Shown here in pieces: positions 41,460-57,913 of a stretch of 64,000 nucleotides of DNA (positions are counted from its first letter, which is position 1; each line of letters opens with the position of its first letter). Where the stretch lies: NCBI GenBank assembly GCA_951406725.2, contig OX597831.1:80538001-80602000 (forward strand), in the 5' to 3' direction. A program made the position numbers and the translations under genes. The DNA is from Octopus vulgaris (taxonomy: Eukaryota). The notes under the pieces are model-generated. The model had not been told where the DNA came from. It was given only the letters and a program-made list of their open reading frames with translations, and ran no database searches.

Positions 41460-42395
41460 CACTTGTCTAATCTGTAAGTAACCCACACTAACTTACCTAT
41501 TTCTCCTTCCCTTTCTGTTCTCTCCTCCACTCTCTCTGTCATCTTTCGCAACACTTATTTATTCAACACACTGTTATTTAGTCTTGATCCATAACTATAA
41601 CCTCATTAAAACTTAACATTTCAGTCTTATAAAACGCTAATCACACTTTCTTACCGCTGTTAAACAAAGCACGTAAAATGCCATATTGTTCGTTCACAAA
41701 GCGTTCGTTCTGTATATCACAAGAATGCTTCAAAATCATTGTTCTTTCAATATTCATGTAGCCTATTTTAGAATTGGCCGATTGTCTTTCACTCGACAGC
41801 CAACCCGCTGTGATCGATATTAATTTCTATAGAGTTTTCTTTCTCTTCGAAAAGGTTTACTATCTTTCTGGCGTGTTAGTGTCGCTCTCAAAAACAATTT
41901 TTATAAATGGCCGCTTGTTCATTTACGATTGGTCGAAGTTCAATCTATTATAACCATCTATATGATGAAATTGACTTTTCCTGTTATTAATCTGACATGC
42001 GCTATCATATCGCATCATATCTCTTCCTCTTCCTCCCCCATTCTCCTTCTATTCCTCACTCTCTCTACGTCCCTGTTTGTGGAGCATTGAAGACAAATCA
42101 ATCACTTCATATCTAATTTTGGAAAAAAATCTTTCAAAGTGGCAACGAATAGAACGGCTGGCTTTGCTTCGCACATTTTCTGCAGGAATATCATCCTAGA
42201 TGAAGAGGAGCACGCTTGTATGTATGTGAGCTGTGTGCGTGTGTGAATACGCATGCGTGTATATGTATGAGTGCATTATGCAATAAAATGTGCAAATCTT
42301 TGGCGGATGTCAAGAGTCGTATAAGAGCCTCACGTTGCATTACCATTAACTCATTTCAATGATTCGTTTTTGCAATGGTTTTGCTCGGAATTGAT

Positions 42396-43007
42396 CTGAT
42401 CAATAAGTAACCGGGCTATTGCCATAGTAACGAAACTAAAGCACACTGAGTGAAGCCACTAGGCACAAATTGACCTCGAATTCTGCTGTGCATGCGCACA
42501 AGTTTTATAGTTCTAGCTCACTTCCGCTGTTTACAGCAGTGCTGGGAAGGAAGGTGTGTAGCGTGTGGTCATCACATTGGCCATGACAGAGAAAGTTGAG
42601 CAGAGAATCTGCATCAAATTTTGCCAAAAGCTTGATGATACCTGCTCAGAGGTCTTATGCAAAGTTTTCATCGTTCTTGACACAATCAAGATCATGTGCA
42701 ACTGAAACCCGAGTGTCTTTTTGGTCAGCTGAGAACAGTTTTAGCACAAACTTGGTAAGCACGCATCTCATACCCAAATCGTCAGTGATAATGGAGTAAA
42801 CTGAACCGTAAATAATCTGCACATCCTCTGATAACCCACGGATGGTGATTCGACGATTTCCCCTCACAGCTGCACGCACATCTACGATATTTTTCTCAGT
42901 TATTCTGGTTGCGGATCTCCCAGAACGTTCGTCAATATCGACATTTTTTCGGCCATCTTGGAATCGTCTGACCTACTCGTACTCTTGTGTTGCGGCTCAT
43001 ACACTCG
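42396..43007. mobile_element. Mariner transposon remnant with an internal inversion
   Basis: Plus: TIR-like start and MTEKVEQRICIKFCQKL at 42583. Minus (42660..43007): ECMSR..RRFQDGR..DERSGR..NRRITIRGLSED..GSVYSIITDDLGMR. Confidence 0.88.
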
Positions 43008-43806
43008 AAATGCTTAGCAGTATTTCGTGTACCGTCACGTTCTGAGTTCAAATTCCGCCAAGCTCGACTTTGCCTTTCATCCTTTCGAGGTCGATAAATA
43101 AAGTTCCAGTTACGCACTGGGGTCGATGTAATTCCTTTGTCTGTCCTTGTTTGTCCTCTCAATGTTTAGCCCCTTGTGGGTAGTAAAGAAATATGAATTC
43201 TTTACGCAAAAAATTTATCCCTAGTTTCGTTTATTTTTGAAACTGGATACATTTCGGTTCTTGGTTCTGTTCTAGGCGGGCTCTGCCCATTGCCTTGAGC
43301 AATATTGGTTTCAAATTTGGGCACAAGCCCAGCAATTTCGGTGGTGGGGGTAAAACGATTACAACGACCCAGTATTCAACTGGCATTCATATCATTGACC
43401 CCGAAAGGATTAGAGACAAAGTCGACTTTGGTGGTATCGAACTCAGAACGTAAAGTCGGAAGAAATGTTGCTTAACATTTTTTTCCGGCACGATAACGAT
43501 TTTGTCAGGTCACCGCTTTATTGTCTTGAACAATATTGAATAATAAAATCGATAAGGGAATTCCTATTGATTGTTGAAACGTTCTCTGTATTATTCCAAG
43601 AATAATGTTTACCATTTGGACTGCAGCAGATGTCGGACTGGGAAGCTTCGAAGTCCTTAACAATGATCAATGAACACCCGACGTCTTTCTCTTCTTCGAA
43701 AGCTCCATGGATACAAGTCTTTCATTTGGTAAAAAATAGTTCGTGTTCTTTGAGTCTTCATCGTCATTACCACCACCACCACTACCACTATCATCATCAT
43801 CACCAC

Positions 43807-43837
<31 letters not shown>

Positions 43838-43923
43838 CGTCCAAGAATTTGGACCTGGAGATCTCTATTTCCAGCGACTTCGAGGGCCACCTCCTATTAT
43901 TATTATTATCATCATCATTATTA

Positions 43924-44075
<152 letters not shown>

Positions 44076-44115
44076 TATTATTATCATCATCATCATTATC
44101 ATTATATTATTATTA

Positions 44116-45372
<1,257 letters not shown>

Positions 45373-45375
45373 CAC

Positions 45376-45420
<45 letters not shown>

Positions 45421-45422
45421 CA

Positions 45423-45483
<61 letters not shown>

Positions 45484-45504
45484 CATTATTATTATTATTA
45501 TTAC

Positions 45505-45612
<108 letters not shown>

Positions 45613-45629
45613 CATTATTATTATTATTA

Positions 45630-45693
<64 letters not shown>

Positions 45694-45696
45694 CAC

Positions 45697-45768
<72 letters not shown>

Positions 45769-46018
45769 GGGGGCGAGCTGGCAGAATGGTTACCACTGCA
45801 GGAAAAAAGCTTGGCGGTATTTCGTCCGTTTTTACGTTCTGAGTTCAAATTCCGCTGAGGTCGACTTTGTTCTCATCCCTTCGAGGTTGACAAAATGAAT
45901 ACTAGTCGAGCCCTGGGGTCGATGTAATCGACTCATCCCTACCCTCACAATTATTGGCCTTCATTCCATTCACCCATTTTTGTCTGTCTGTCTGTCTACC
46001 TTTCTCTCTCTCTTTTTC

Positions 46019-46122
<104 letters not shown>

Positions 46123-47501
46123 CCTACCTACCTACCTACCTACCTACCTACCTACCTACCTACCTATCTACCTGTCTATCTTCCTCACCATCATCTATAG
46201 CCGACATGATGGTCATGTCAAAATACAATCCAAATCCAACTTTATACCGTCCCACATTCTCTCTGTAACGAGTACCCAGTATTTGTCATAAAAGTCACCA
46301 GGGGTCGCTTTGTAACCCTGATGGAATACCTACCGCCTTTGCTACAAAATGTGTGGCATTCTTCCATCTTTTGGATAATCGATATTCTTGCATTAACAGT
46401 TTTGGTTGGTTCCATTCCGATAAACTGAGTCTTTCTGTCAGACATTTCGCAGAAACAGGAATTTTGCCAGAATCCTAAAGTACTTGATGCTGCTCATGTT
46501 GTTGTTGCTATTCATCATCATCATCATCACTATCTTCTTCTTCTTCTTCTTCTTCTTCTTCTTCTTCTTCTTCTTCTTCTTCTTCTTCTTCTTCTTCTTC
46601 TTCTTCTTCTTCTTCTCCTTCTTCTGCTTCTTCTGCTTCTTCTTCATATCCTTCTTCTTCTTCTTCTTCTTCTTCTTCTTCTTCTTCTTCTTCTTCTTCT
46701 TCTTCTTCTTCTTCTACTTCTTCTTTTTCTTCTTCTTCTTCTCCTTCTTCTGCTTCTTCTTCTTCTTCTTCTTCTTCTTCTTCTTCTTCTTCTTCTTCTT
46801 CTTCTTCTTCTTCTTCTTCTTCTTCTTCTTCTTCTTCCCCTTCTTCTTCTTCTTCTCCTCCTCCTCCTCCTCCTTCTTCTTCTTCTTGCTACTGCTCATG
46901 TTTCGTGCCAAATAAGCATGCATCAGATGCTATATTAAAACTAAAACCAAAAGTCTTTCACTGCTGCGAGAGAACTTTTCCTAAAATTCCGATCGGTTCC
47001 GAGTCTTTCCATCTAATATAAAAATCTCACAAAGACCAACTTTAACACCTTTTTACTCTCGCGGATATTTTACCACCTAACTAATCATCCCGTATAGTTA
47101 GTACCAGCTATATACTCGGGTTAAACCACAGCACACTCATTCTAAATTGAGTTCCATGCTTGACCTGAATGTATTTTTATGGTTTACAATCAACTATTTT
47201 TATGAGGCTTCGTCGTTATTAACCGATATGGATTGTGTATGTTTCATTGGTCTTCACAACAACAGCAACAACATCAATAATATGGTTTCATATTTTGGCA
47301 AAAGACCTGCAGGATAGGGAGGGGTAAGCCGATTACATCGACCCCAGTATCCGACTGGCACTTATATTATCGACCCTGAAAAGATAAAAGGCAAATTCGG
47401 CCTCAGTGACATTTGAACTCCGAATGTAAAGATAGACCAAATGTTTGTTTATAAGTTATAAGAAATAATACAAGTCGGTGGATTCTCATTTTATCTTGTA
47501 C

Positions 47502-47537
47502 TTCAATATTTCGGGGTTAGGATCCCTTCTTCAGGAA
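47502..47537 (-). ncRNA. Minimal type I hammerhead motif, canonical core
   Basis: ttc-CTGAAGA-a-GGG(atcctaac)CCC-GAAA-TA-TT-gaa. Confidence 0.7.
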
Positions 47538-48080
47538 ATCTTCGGAGAAATTATGCTGTGAGCCGACTTCTGTTTTGTAGCGTATGTATAATTCCATAAT
47601 TGTGTTAATAATGTTATTAAAAACCTGTTATTTCAAGGCGGGAAAGACTTTAACTGCTTTGTGCGCATGCACTGTAAAACCAGAAGGAAGTCGAGACAGA
47701 TAGAAAATACTTTTAATGTCTATTAGGATATGTGTATTAATACATAGATAGATAGTTAGATGGATATGTTTATATAATGAAGTTTATATAATGAAGATGT
47801 TTATATAATGGGGAAGAAAATTGTTTGGAATGGGGGTGGCGAGAAAGAGCCCTGGCGTCCCTGGCCAAATCCTTTGCTTGAAAGAGAGAAAATGCTTTTG
47901 AGATATTTCCATAGTTTTGTGTATATAAGGAGACAAATATGCAATAAATCTATACTCATTCAAAGCCTGTTATTGTCTGTGCTTGTGTAAACATAACTAT
48001 ATATAATGTGAAAAGGTACGCGTATATAGAGCGAGCTGCATACTTACATATATTCAAACATACACGCATACAATCATGCT

Positions 48081-48148
<68 letters not shown>

Positions 48149-48297
48149 TGTGTGTATGAATATATACTCTCAAAAGATATACACACATACAACCAGAGCT
48201 ATGCAGACTGAGCTTCATTCAAGCATCAATGTGTGTGTATGTGTATGTATGCGTGTGTGCATACATTAATAAATACATACAAACATATATAAATACA

Positions 48298-49142
48298 CTA
48301 GCAGAATTGCCCGGCGTTGCTCGGGGCTGAATTGCTTGAAAGTACTGTTAATGATTGCACTGAATTATGATGATTATTCAGGCAAATATTGATATAAGTT
48401 TACGGTGGGAGATAAGGACTTAACGATCAAACGTGTGCCATTGCATTGTTTTGGGGGAACCAAATATCTGATGAGCATTATAGGGGCACCAACTTTAAGT
48501 TTGAGAAAGTGTGGTGGTAGTCCGGGATGCTCAAAGGAATTGAGTACCTCTATTGGATAGTTGATGACGTCCTGTGGGTCAGGAGTTGTATTGATAGACT
48601 GATATACATAGACTTCCCCAGGAATGAGTTTTATCATTTCATCATTAATATGGTGAACAGTTTTATTCCTCGGGGCCAGTATAGCCTTTTTGCCAATCCA
48701 ATCCATATTCTGATAATTAGCTTGTAGATCTGGGAACACTGCATCTCTGAGATCAGAAGGCGTCTTAACAATGGTACAAATGGAATCGATGGCAATATTA
48801 CCATTTTCATCCCCTGGTATTTTGCCTTCGCCAAGTGCAAGGAGGGTGTGAGGAAATGCTGCTGATGTGATATTACGTCGCATATGAGCACGCATATTGG
48901 TGTGAAGTTTGAGAGTTACTTCCCTTTATTTAAAAAAATATGCATTAAAATGGGAAAAAATGATGGTAAATTATTTGTAAAATCATAGACTCATCGTAGA
49001 CGCGCGCTAATACCCAGAAGGGCTCGATATGAATCACGACTATAAGATGCCCGGTTTTGGTTAAACTGCATCGCAAAATGTGGGAGTAGTTAGGAATCTA
49101 AATCGGAGTAGACAGACACACAACCTTTCTTTTATATATAAA
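48298..49142 (-). mobile_element. Internally deleted Helitron carrying a PIF1-like helicase fragment (48374..48895)
   Basis: ILAPRN, YPIEVLNS, GLPPHFLKLKVGAPIMLIR, CNGTRL; 3' end cccgagcaacgccggg hairpin + CTAG followed by T; TATATATAAAAG-type 5' end. Confidence 0.9.
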
Positions 49143-49146
49143 TATT

Positions 49147-50130
49147 TTCGTCCTAAAAAACTTTGTATGGATTGAATGGTTACCTCTATGGAAATATATA
49201 CACGCACATTATACATACATGTGTGTATAGATGAATATATAAATACATTTAAATATCTATATACACTTTTGGGCGATCTTTCTGCTACTTAGAGATAACT
49301 TTAGATCTTATTTTCGTCCTAAAAAACTTTGTATGGTGTGAATGGTTACGTGTATGGAAATATATACACACACATTATACATACATCTGTGTATAGATGA
49401 ATATATAAATACATTTAAATATTTATATACACTTTTGGGCGATCTTTCTGCTACTTGGATATAGGTCTTATATTCGTCCTAAAAAACTCTGTATGGAGTG
49501 AAAGGTTACCTCTATGGAAATATATACACACACATTATACATACATCTGTGTATAGATGAATATATAAATACATTTAAATATCTATATACACTTTTGGGC
49601 GATCTTTCTGCTACTTGGATATAGGTCTTATATTCGTCCTGAAAAACTTTGTATGGAGTGAAAGGTTACCTCTATGGAAATATATACACACACATTATAC
49701 ATACATCTGTGTATAGATGAATATATAAATACATTTAAATATCTATATACACTTTTGGGCGATCTTTCTGCTACTTGGATATAGGTCTTATATTCGTCCT
49801 GAAAAACTTTGTATGGAGTGAAAGGTTACCTCTATGGAAATATATACACACACATTATACATACATCTGTGTATAGATGAATATATAAATACATTTAAAT
49901 ATCTAAATACACTTTTGGGCGATCTTTCTGCTACTTGGATATAGGTCTTATATTCGTCCTAAAAAACTTTGTATGGAGTGAAAGGTTACCTCTATGGAAA
50001 TATATACACACACATTATACATACATCTGTGTATAGATGAATATATAAATACATTTAAATATCTATATACACTTTTGGGCGATCTTTCTGCTACTTGGAT
50101 ATAGGTCTTATATTCGTCCTAAAAAACTTT
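49147..50130. repeat. 160-bp tandem repeat, ~6 copies
   Basis: ttcgtcct recurs at 49147, 49313, 49473, 49633, 49793, 49953, 50113. Confidence 0.97.
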
Positions 50131-50684
50131 CCTGTCACACAGTCACGCACACACACAGACACACACACACCCTCATACACACACGCACGCACACACACTC
50201 ACACACACGCACACACACACGTTAGCTTACAATTTTATTTATATATTTGTGTGTCTATGTGTGTAAAGTGGAAGTGGGAATGTAGAGTGAAATAGTCACT
50301 CACTACAGAAAGTGAATTAGTTTCACTTTATTCGTTGCACACTGTGTGTGTGCATTTGCGTGTGCTGTAAACCAGACTAAGAAAAGCATTTGACATACAC
50401 ACCAGAATGTGAGTTTTCTGTAAATTTTGCTTAATTGGAGTTTAAATTTTAAAAACTGGACCTGGCATGACCCGATGCATTCTACTCTTAAAAATGCTAG
50501 GTAAATTGTAATTGAAGAAATCCTATATTGTAGATTTCTATAAGTGACAAATGGAGGCAGATAAAATCTGCCTTTTATAATAAGAGATGCATACTTATAT
50601 TTATGCTTACATGCATATATACATAAATACATGCATATATATGTACACAAATGTCTGCATACACACAGATACATACATACATAC

Positions 50685-50789
<105 letters not shown>

Positions 50790-51287
50790 TGATAATCTTT
50801 CAATACATGCCCACTTGCTCACATCAAACGGTGTTTACTCTTTTCTACTCTAGGCACAAGGCCCAAAATTTTGGGGGAGGGGACAGTCAATTAGATCGAC
50901 CCCAGCACGCAAGTGATATTTAATTTATCGACCCCGAAAGGGATGAAAGGCAAAGTCGACCTGGGCGGAAGTTGAACTCAGAACGTAGCGGCAGACGAAA
51001 TACCGCTAAGCATTTCGCCCAGCTTGTTGCCTTCAAACGTTGTTTACTCGAAGCCCTGCATACTCCTAACAACATCTACAAGGTCCAAACGTTGGCAGAG
51101 TTGCAGAACGAGTAGAAGTGGGTACTAAATGCTTGGCTATATTTATTTGCCTGGCTTTCATTTACTCTAACGCGATGGTTTCAGATTCATCCAGTTTTCT
51201 ATTTAATCTCTTTCTATATATAAAGCTGAAGTTGTCTGTGTATGGCAGGTTTGGTAGCCTTTAACTAACACTATCTCCTCCGAGACC

Positions 51288-51386
<99 letters not shown>

Positions 51387-51390
51387 TATA

Positions 51391-51567
51391 GGCGTAGAGT
51401 GGCTGTGTGGTATGTAGCTTGCTAACGAACCACATGGTTCCGTGTTCAGTCCACTGCGTGGCACCTTGGGCAAGTGTCTTCTACTATAGCTTCGAGCCGA
51501 CCAAAGATTTGGTAGACGGAAATTGAAAGAAGCCCGTCGTATATATGTATGTATATATGTGTGTGTA

Positions 51568-51625
<58 letters not shown>

Positions 51626-51831
51626 TCCACCACCCACCCCCAACATCGCTTGACAACAGATGCTGGAGTGTTTACGTCCCCGTAACTTAGCGGTTCGGCA
51701 AAAGTGACCGATAGAATAAGTACTAGGCTTACAAAGAATAAGTCCTGTGGTCGATTTGCTCGACTAAAGGCGATGCTCCAGCATGACCACAGTCAAATGA
51801 CTGAAACAAGTAAAAGAGTAAAGAGTAAAGA

Positions 51832-51832
<1 letters not shown>
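51391..51832 (+). mobile_element. SINE family A
   Basis: Copy flanked by (TA)n on both sides. Confidence 0.88.
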
Positions 51833-51882
<50 letters not shown>

Positions 51883-52954
51883 TGCACGCGCACGCACACA
51901 CAGTATATATACATATATCAAGAAAGACTATTTATCTAAGCATAAGTGTGTTTAATATGTTGTGTTGACTCGAAGTTTCTTTTCCGTTTCTTGTCTCACG
52001 GGGGACTAATGACAATATCCTGGAATATCTATAATTGCCCATAATTGTTTGTTGAGCACTTTCTGGTGTTATACATCGATTAAGACGGGGTGACATGTAC
52101 TCTGCTGAGTTTATAGTAAATGGTATTATTGCGTGCGGACACACACACTCAGACACACACACACACGCACACAGTCACGTACATTAACACCTTCACACAT
52201 GCATTCATACACACACATGTGTGTGCGTGTGTGTGTGTGTGTGTGTGAAGAAGTGAAGAGAATTTTGGATTGCTTTAAGCGAGGAACTAAACGGTGCTAC
52301 GGAATAAGGTTTCGTCTTTTCGTGTTTTTAGACGTTATGCTGTATAGTTTAAGTAAGATTTGGCTGCTGTTTCTAGCAGGTAGAGAGACCACACAAAGAT
52401 TTCGTTTCTATGGCTTTGGAGATCGGCACACGATATGTCAGCAATTGAGGCTTTCGATTGGTTAAAATCACAAGTTTAAATGATTGTATCCAGAAAAAAA
52501 AATTAATGCATTTTCATCATCACCATACAAAACTACATCAGAACCACATATTTTTTTAGAAGACGAAAACCAATATGATGAAAATTCGAAAAGCTTCTTT
52601 TTTGAACTTAAATCGGTCTTCCAGTTTCTCACCGGTGACTTTTGGAGGCTTTTGGACTGAATTTGCAGAAGAGCAAAGCTTCGGAGAATTTTTTCGTTCT
52701 ACGCGCCACTTCGACGTTAAAAAAAGAAGGAAAAAAAAACAGGTAATAAACAATCACAGTCAGTATGTAACGTATCTGTCTGTCTGTCTGTATGTATGTA
52801 TGTACGTACGTGTGTGTGTATACACGTATGGATACATGCATGTATGTACGTACGTACATGTATATATATATATATATGTGTGTATATATATATATCTGTA
52901 TATATACTTGTACATGTGTATACATGTATCTCTACACGTATCTATCTACGTATG

Positions 52955-53002
<48 letters not shown>

Positions 53003-53560
53003 TAGATAGATAGATTGTATATATATATATATATATATATATTGCATATGTATGTATGCATGTATATAATGAAATGAAAAGAAAGTCCTTGTTGCTTGGC
53101 AACTAGATTCTAATCTTAGTAAGATACAAGCAGCACAAAGAAAAGTAGGAAAGTATATATATATAAATAACTTGAGTGACACTTCCGAAAGTAAACATGC
53201 TTACACGTTTAATATCTCATATATATCGTCGCCATTGCGCCGCTTCCAATGGGAGAAGGCGGCAAAACGGGGGTAAAAAAAAACCCCAGTCCATTACTTG
53301 TTAAGTTGTTATGCAAACAGTCAGTTACCTGAGCTAAACAGAAATTAAATCAAACACGATGTCTATGACTAACATTTCAAGAATTCTTTTTCGTTATTTT
53401 TTTCCTTCTTTTAACTTCATGGCAAAATGTCACGTAGCCATCTATGTGAAACGACAGCTGGACCAGGAGCGCCAGTTGTGCATTCGCGCTGCCGCCATAT
53501 TTAATCCACCGTTATGAAATTTTATGTATATGTATGTATGTATGTCTTCATGCATATATA

Positions 53561-53731
53561 GGCGCAGGAGTGGCTGTGTGGTAAGTAGCTTGCTAACCAA
53601 CCATGTGGTTCCGGGTTCAGTCCCACTGCATGGCACCTTGGACAAGTGTCTTCTGCTATAGCCCCGGGCCGACCAATGCCTTGTGAGTAGATTTGGTAGA
53701 CGGAAACTGAAAGAAGCCTGTCGTATATATG

Positions 53732-53766
<35 letters not shown>

Positions 53767-53954
53767 ATGTGTGTGTGTGTTTGTGTGTGTGTGTTTGTCC
53801 CCTTAGCATTGCTTGACAACCGATGCTGGTGTGTTTACGTCCCCGGCAAAAGACACCGATAGAATAAGTCCCGGGGTCGATTTGCTCGACTAAAGGCGGT
53901 GCTCCAGCATGGCCGCAGTCAAATGACTGAAACAAGTAAAAGAGTAAAGAGTAA
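53561..53954 (+). mobile_element. SINE family A
   Basis: Copy with small internal deletions. Confidence 0.88.
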
Positions 53955-54372
53955 GGGTATATGTGCGTTTGTGAAGAGTTGAGGCTTAGTGGTTAGTGTG
54001 TTCGGCTCACATCGTGAGTTCGATTCCAGGCAGCGCCTTATGTCCTTGAGCAAGACACTTTATATCACGTTGCGCCAGTTCACTCAGCGGGTAAAAGTGA
54101 GTTGTACCTGTAATTACACAGGGGCCAACCTTGCCGTATTCTGTATCATACTGAATGTCCATGAGAGCTACATTAAAGGTGCTCGTTAATTACACGAGCA
54201 GGCACTTCCGTTGATCGGATCAACGGGAACACACGTCGTCGTGACCGACGGAGTACCGGTTTGTGTGCGTGTCGGATTGATTGGCCACAGCTGGACGCAC
54301 CGTGCACCGACTGCTTTTCCCATGTGGTGTCCTTGGACATCGTCGACAACGACGGACGAATTAATAATAATG

Positions 54373-54449
<77 letters not shown>

Positions 54450-54474
54450 GATAATAACGATAATAATGATAATA

Positions 54475-54524
<50 letters not shown>

Positions 54525-54525
54525 G

Positions 54526-54619
<94 letters not shown>

Positions 54620-54660
54620 CAACAACAACAAAAATAATAATAATAATAACAATAATAATG

Positions 54661-54700
<40 letters not shown>

Positions 54701-54732
54701 TAATAACGATAATAATAATAACAATAATAACG

Positions 54733-54784
<52 letters not shown>

Positions 54785-55239
54785 TAATAACGATAATAAT
54801 GATAATAATAATAATGTATAGCAGTAATAAATCGAGGTTGTTATAAATTCTGCCTTTTCCATCATTGCATATCACAAACGAAGCCGACGAAAAACGTCAG
54901 TGTGTCGGAAAAACTGCTCAGTTACAATTCTTCCGGTTCTTTCCGTTCTGACGTGAGTTCAAATGCTGTCGTAGTCGCTTTTGCCTCTCATGTCTTCGCG
55001 ATCGGTAAAAAAAAAAAAACAGAAGAATATACCATTCAAGTACCGGGAACGATGTCATCGATTTTCCTGCCTTCCCTTAAAGATTGCTGACCCTGAATCC
55101 TGCAACGGACGCAGCATCGCGTTCAGAGAGAATATTGTGATCTCGGTCACTTATGCACCCGGAAAACCAGGTCACGGTCCTTATGGCATCAAGGGTTCGA
55201 GAACAAAAAAGGAACAGTATCATTTGATTAATAACCAAG

Positions 55240-55660
55240 ACGGCGAGCTGGCAGAAACGTTAGCACGCCGGGCGAAATGCCGTTACGTTCTGAGTTCAAA
55301 TTCCGCCGAGGTCGACTTTACCTTTCGTCCTTTCGGAGTCGATAAATTAAGTACCAGTTACACACTGGGGTCGATGTAACTGACTAGTCCCCTCCCCACA
55401 AATTTCAGGATTATTATAATCATTAAGGGGCCGAGCTGGCAGAATCGTTAGCACGCCGGGCGAAATGCTTAGCGGTATTTCCTCTGTCTTTACGTTCTGT
55501 GTTCAGATTCCGCCGAGGTCGACTTTACCTTTCGTCCTTTCAGAGATCGATAGATTAAGTACCAGTGAAACACTGAGGTCGATGTAATCGACTAGTGCCC
55601 CCCCTCCCCCCACCAAAAAAAAAAACTTCAGCCCTTGTGCTTACGGTAGAAAGGATTATT
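55240..55660 (+). mobile_element. Two tandem SINE family B copies
   Basis: 55240..55410 and 55427..55660; further copies at ~25129, 43005, 45770 (+) and ~4990, 5550, 20577, 43310, 47280, 50841 (-). Confidence 0.85.
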
Positions 55661-56083
55661 AGATTAATAAACAAATTACGATCAGATTACGTTAAAATAT
55701 CCTCAGAAGCGATTTATCATAGAGAAAATCGGCTTCAATGGCTTTTCAATGACTTTCTGTGTTCGACGTCTCACTGCAAATACAAACGAAAGATCTGTCT
55801 TATTTAAAGGTCGTTCACCTGGCGTTCCATACTTTTTCTTGTCGTACCGACTGCTTTTTAGCTGGTTCATGATGTAACTCTTTGCAGCAAGGGTAGAGTT
55901 ATGTCACAGCAGCTGCTGCAACAACAATAATATTTCATAACCTTTAGAATATTTTAGTTTCCTGAATTATTTTTGTGTATGCAGAGTCTGTGGTTAATTT
56001 AGCATATATCGGTGGGGGTGGGCTGACGTGGGTGAATTGGATACATCCTGTTCACCGCATTTATGTAAACATAAAACGCATGT

Positions 56084-56119
<36 letters not shown>

Positions 56120-56448
56120 TGAGGGCACGTAGCTTAGTGGTTAGGGTGTCGCATTCACGATTGTCAGATCGTGATTTCAATTCCTAGCCCGAGCAGTGCG
56201 CTGTGTTCATGAGCAAAACACTCTCACCTCACGTTGTACTGCGATCACTTCGACACATGACGCATGGCACACCGTGGCACCTGTTCAGATAATGTTGATT
56301 TGAAGGAGAGACCGAGCTTATGTGCAGCACGAACACATTTGATCACTATAAACGAAACATTTGTGCGGGTCATTCGGCAAAATGCGGAACGCTCATACGT
56401 CGTCTTCGGCGGGAGAGGTCATCGTGTGTGTGTGTGTGTGTGTGTGTG

Positions 56449-56516
<68 letters not shown>

Positions 56517-56689
56517 TATATACACATATATGTATATATATATATATATATATGTACGTATATATACATATATATGTATGTGTATATACACACATATGTA
56601 TATATATATATATATATGTATGTGTGTATATATATATATACTCACACACACACATACATATATTTATGCATATATTATTTTATTCTTTC

Positions 56690-57052
56690 ATTCTTTTACT
56701 TGTTTCAGTCATTTGACTGTGGCCATGCTGGAGCACCGCCTTAAAGGGTGTCAGTCGAACAAATCGACCCCAGGATTTATTCTTTGTAGGCCTAGTACCT
56801 ATTCTATCGGTGTATTTGCCGAACCGCTATGCTACGGGGACGTAAACGCTCCAACATCGGTTGTCAAGCGATGGTGGAGGCGCAAACACAAACACACACA
56901 AATTTACACACACACATATATATATACGACGGGCTTCTTCCAGTTTCCGTCTACCAAATCCACTCACAAGGCTTTGGTCAGCCCGAAGTTATAGTCGAAG
57001 ACATTTGCCCAAGGGGGGCCATGCAGTGGGACTGAACCCGGAACCGTGTGTT
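56690..57052 (-). mobile_element. SINE family A (diverged)
   Basis: Reverse-complement match to other copies. Confidence 0.8.
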
Positions 57053-57440
57053 TGGGAATTTTAGTCGAACGAATCTACCCTAGTACTTACTTTTTAAAGT
57101 CTCGTGCTTTTTCGATAGGTCTCTTTTGCCTAACCGCCAAGTTACGAGGACGTAAGCACGCCAACAGCGGTGTGTGTGTGTGTGTGGGGGGGGGAACACA
57201 AATACACACACACACATATACTTATCTACATATGTATTATGCATAGATATATGTGTATGTACTTTTGCCCGAAATGGTTGTGACTCTTGGTACTTGACTG
57301 ACGAAAGAAAGTCAAGAATGACCCATCTTTTTTGCCTGTCCTCTTAATTGTTGTTTCTCTTCTGCGCCTTTGTATCGTCTAATTGTCCGAACGTTTTAAT
57401 ACCCTCTATCGCGTTTTGTTCCATTTATTTATTGATATTA

Positions 57441-57471
<31 letters not shown>

Positions 57472-57473
57472 GC

Positions 57474-57504
<31 letters not shown>

Positions 57505-57913
57505 TATATGTATGTATGTATATATATATATATATGCATATATGTATGCATGTATGTGTGTATGTATGTATGCATGTATGTGTGTATGTATGTATGTATG
57601 TATGTATGTATGTATGTATGTGTGTGTTTTTCGAGAGAGGGACAGAGAGGGGGGAGAGAGATTGGAAAGAAAGTCTTCTTGCATTTCAAAATGGTTTGGT
57701 GTTACTGAGATGCCGGCTGGGACTTGTTCAATTCCGAGTAGATCAACGGGGGGGGGGGGGCTGATGTTGAAAGATCAGAAACCCCCTGGGACCCTAGAAA
57801 CATCATTGCTGATTGCCACACAGAGCATCTGTAAGCTGTACCTTGGAAGCATAATGGTATCCGTTCGACATCTGAGGATGAGAATGTATGTTTATTCTTT
57901 TATTCTTTAATTC

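Noticed and set aside
51213-51291. Possible second Helitron 5' end (tctatatataaagctgaagttgtctgtg)
   Set aside because: Short, with no matching 3' hairpin-CTAG or coding sequence.
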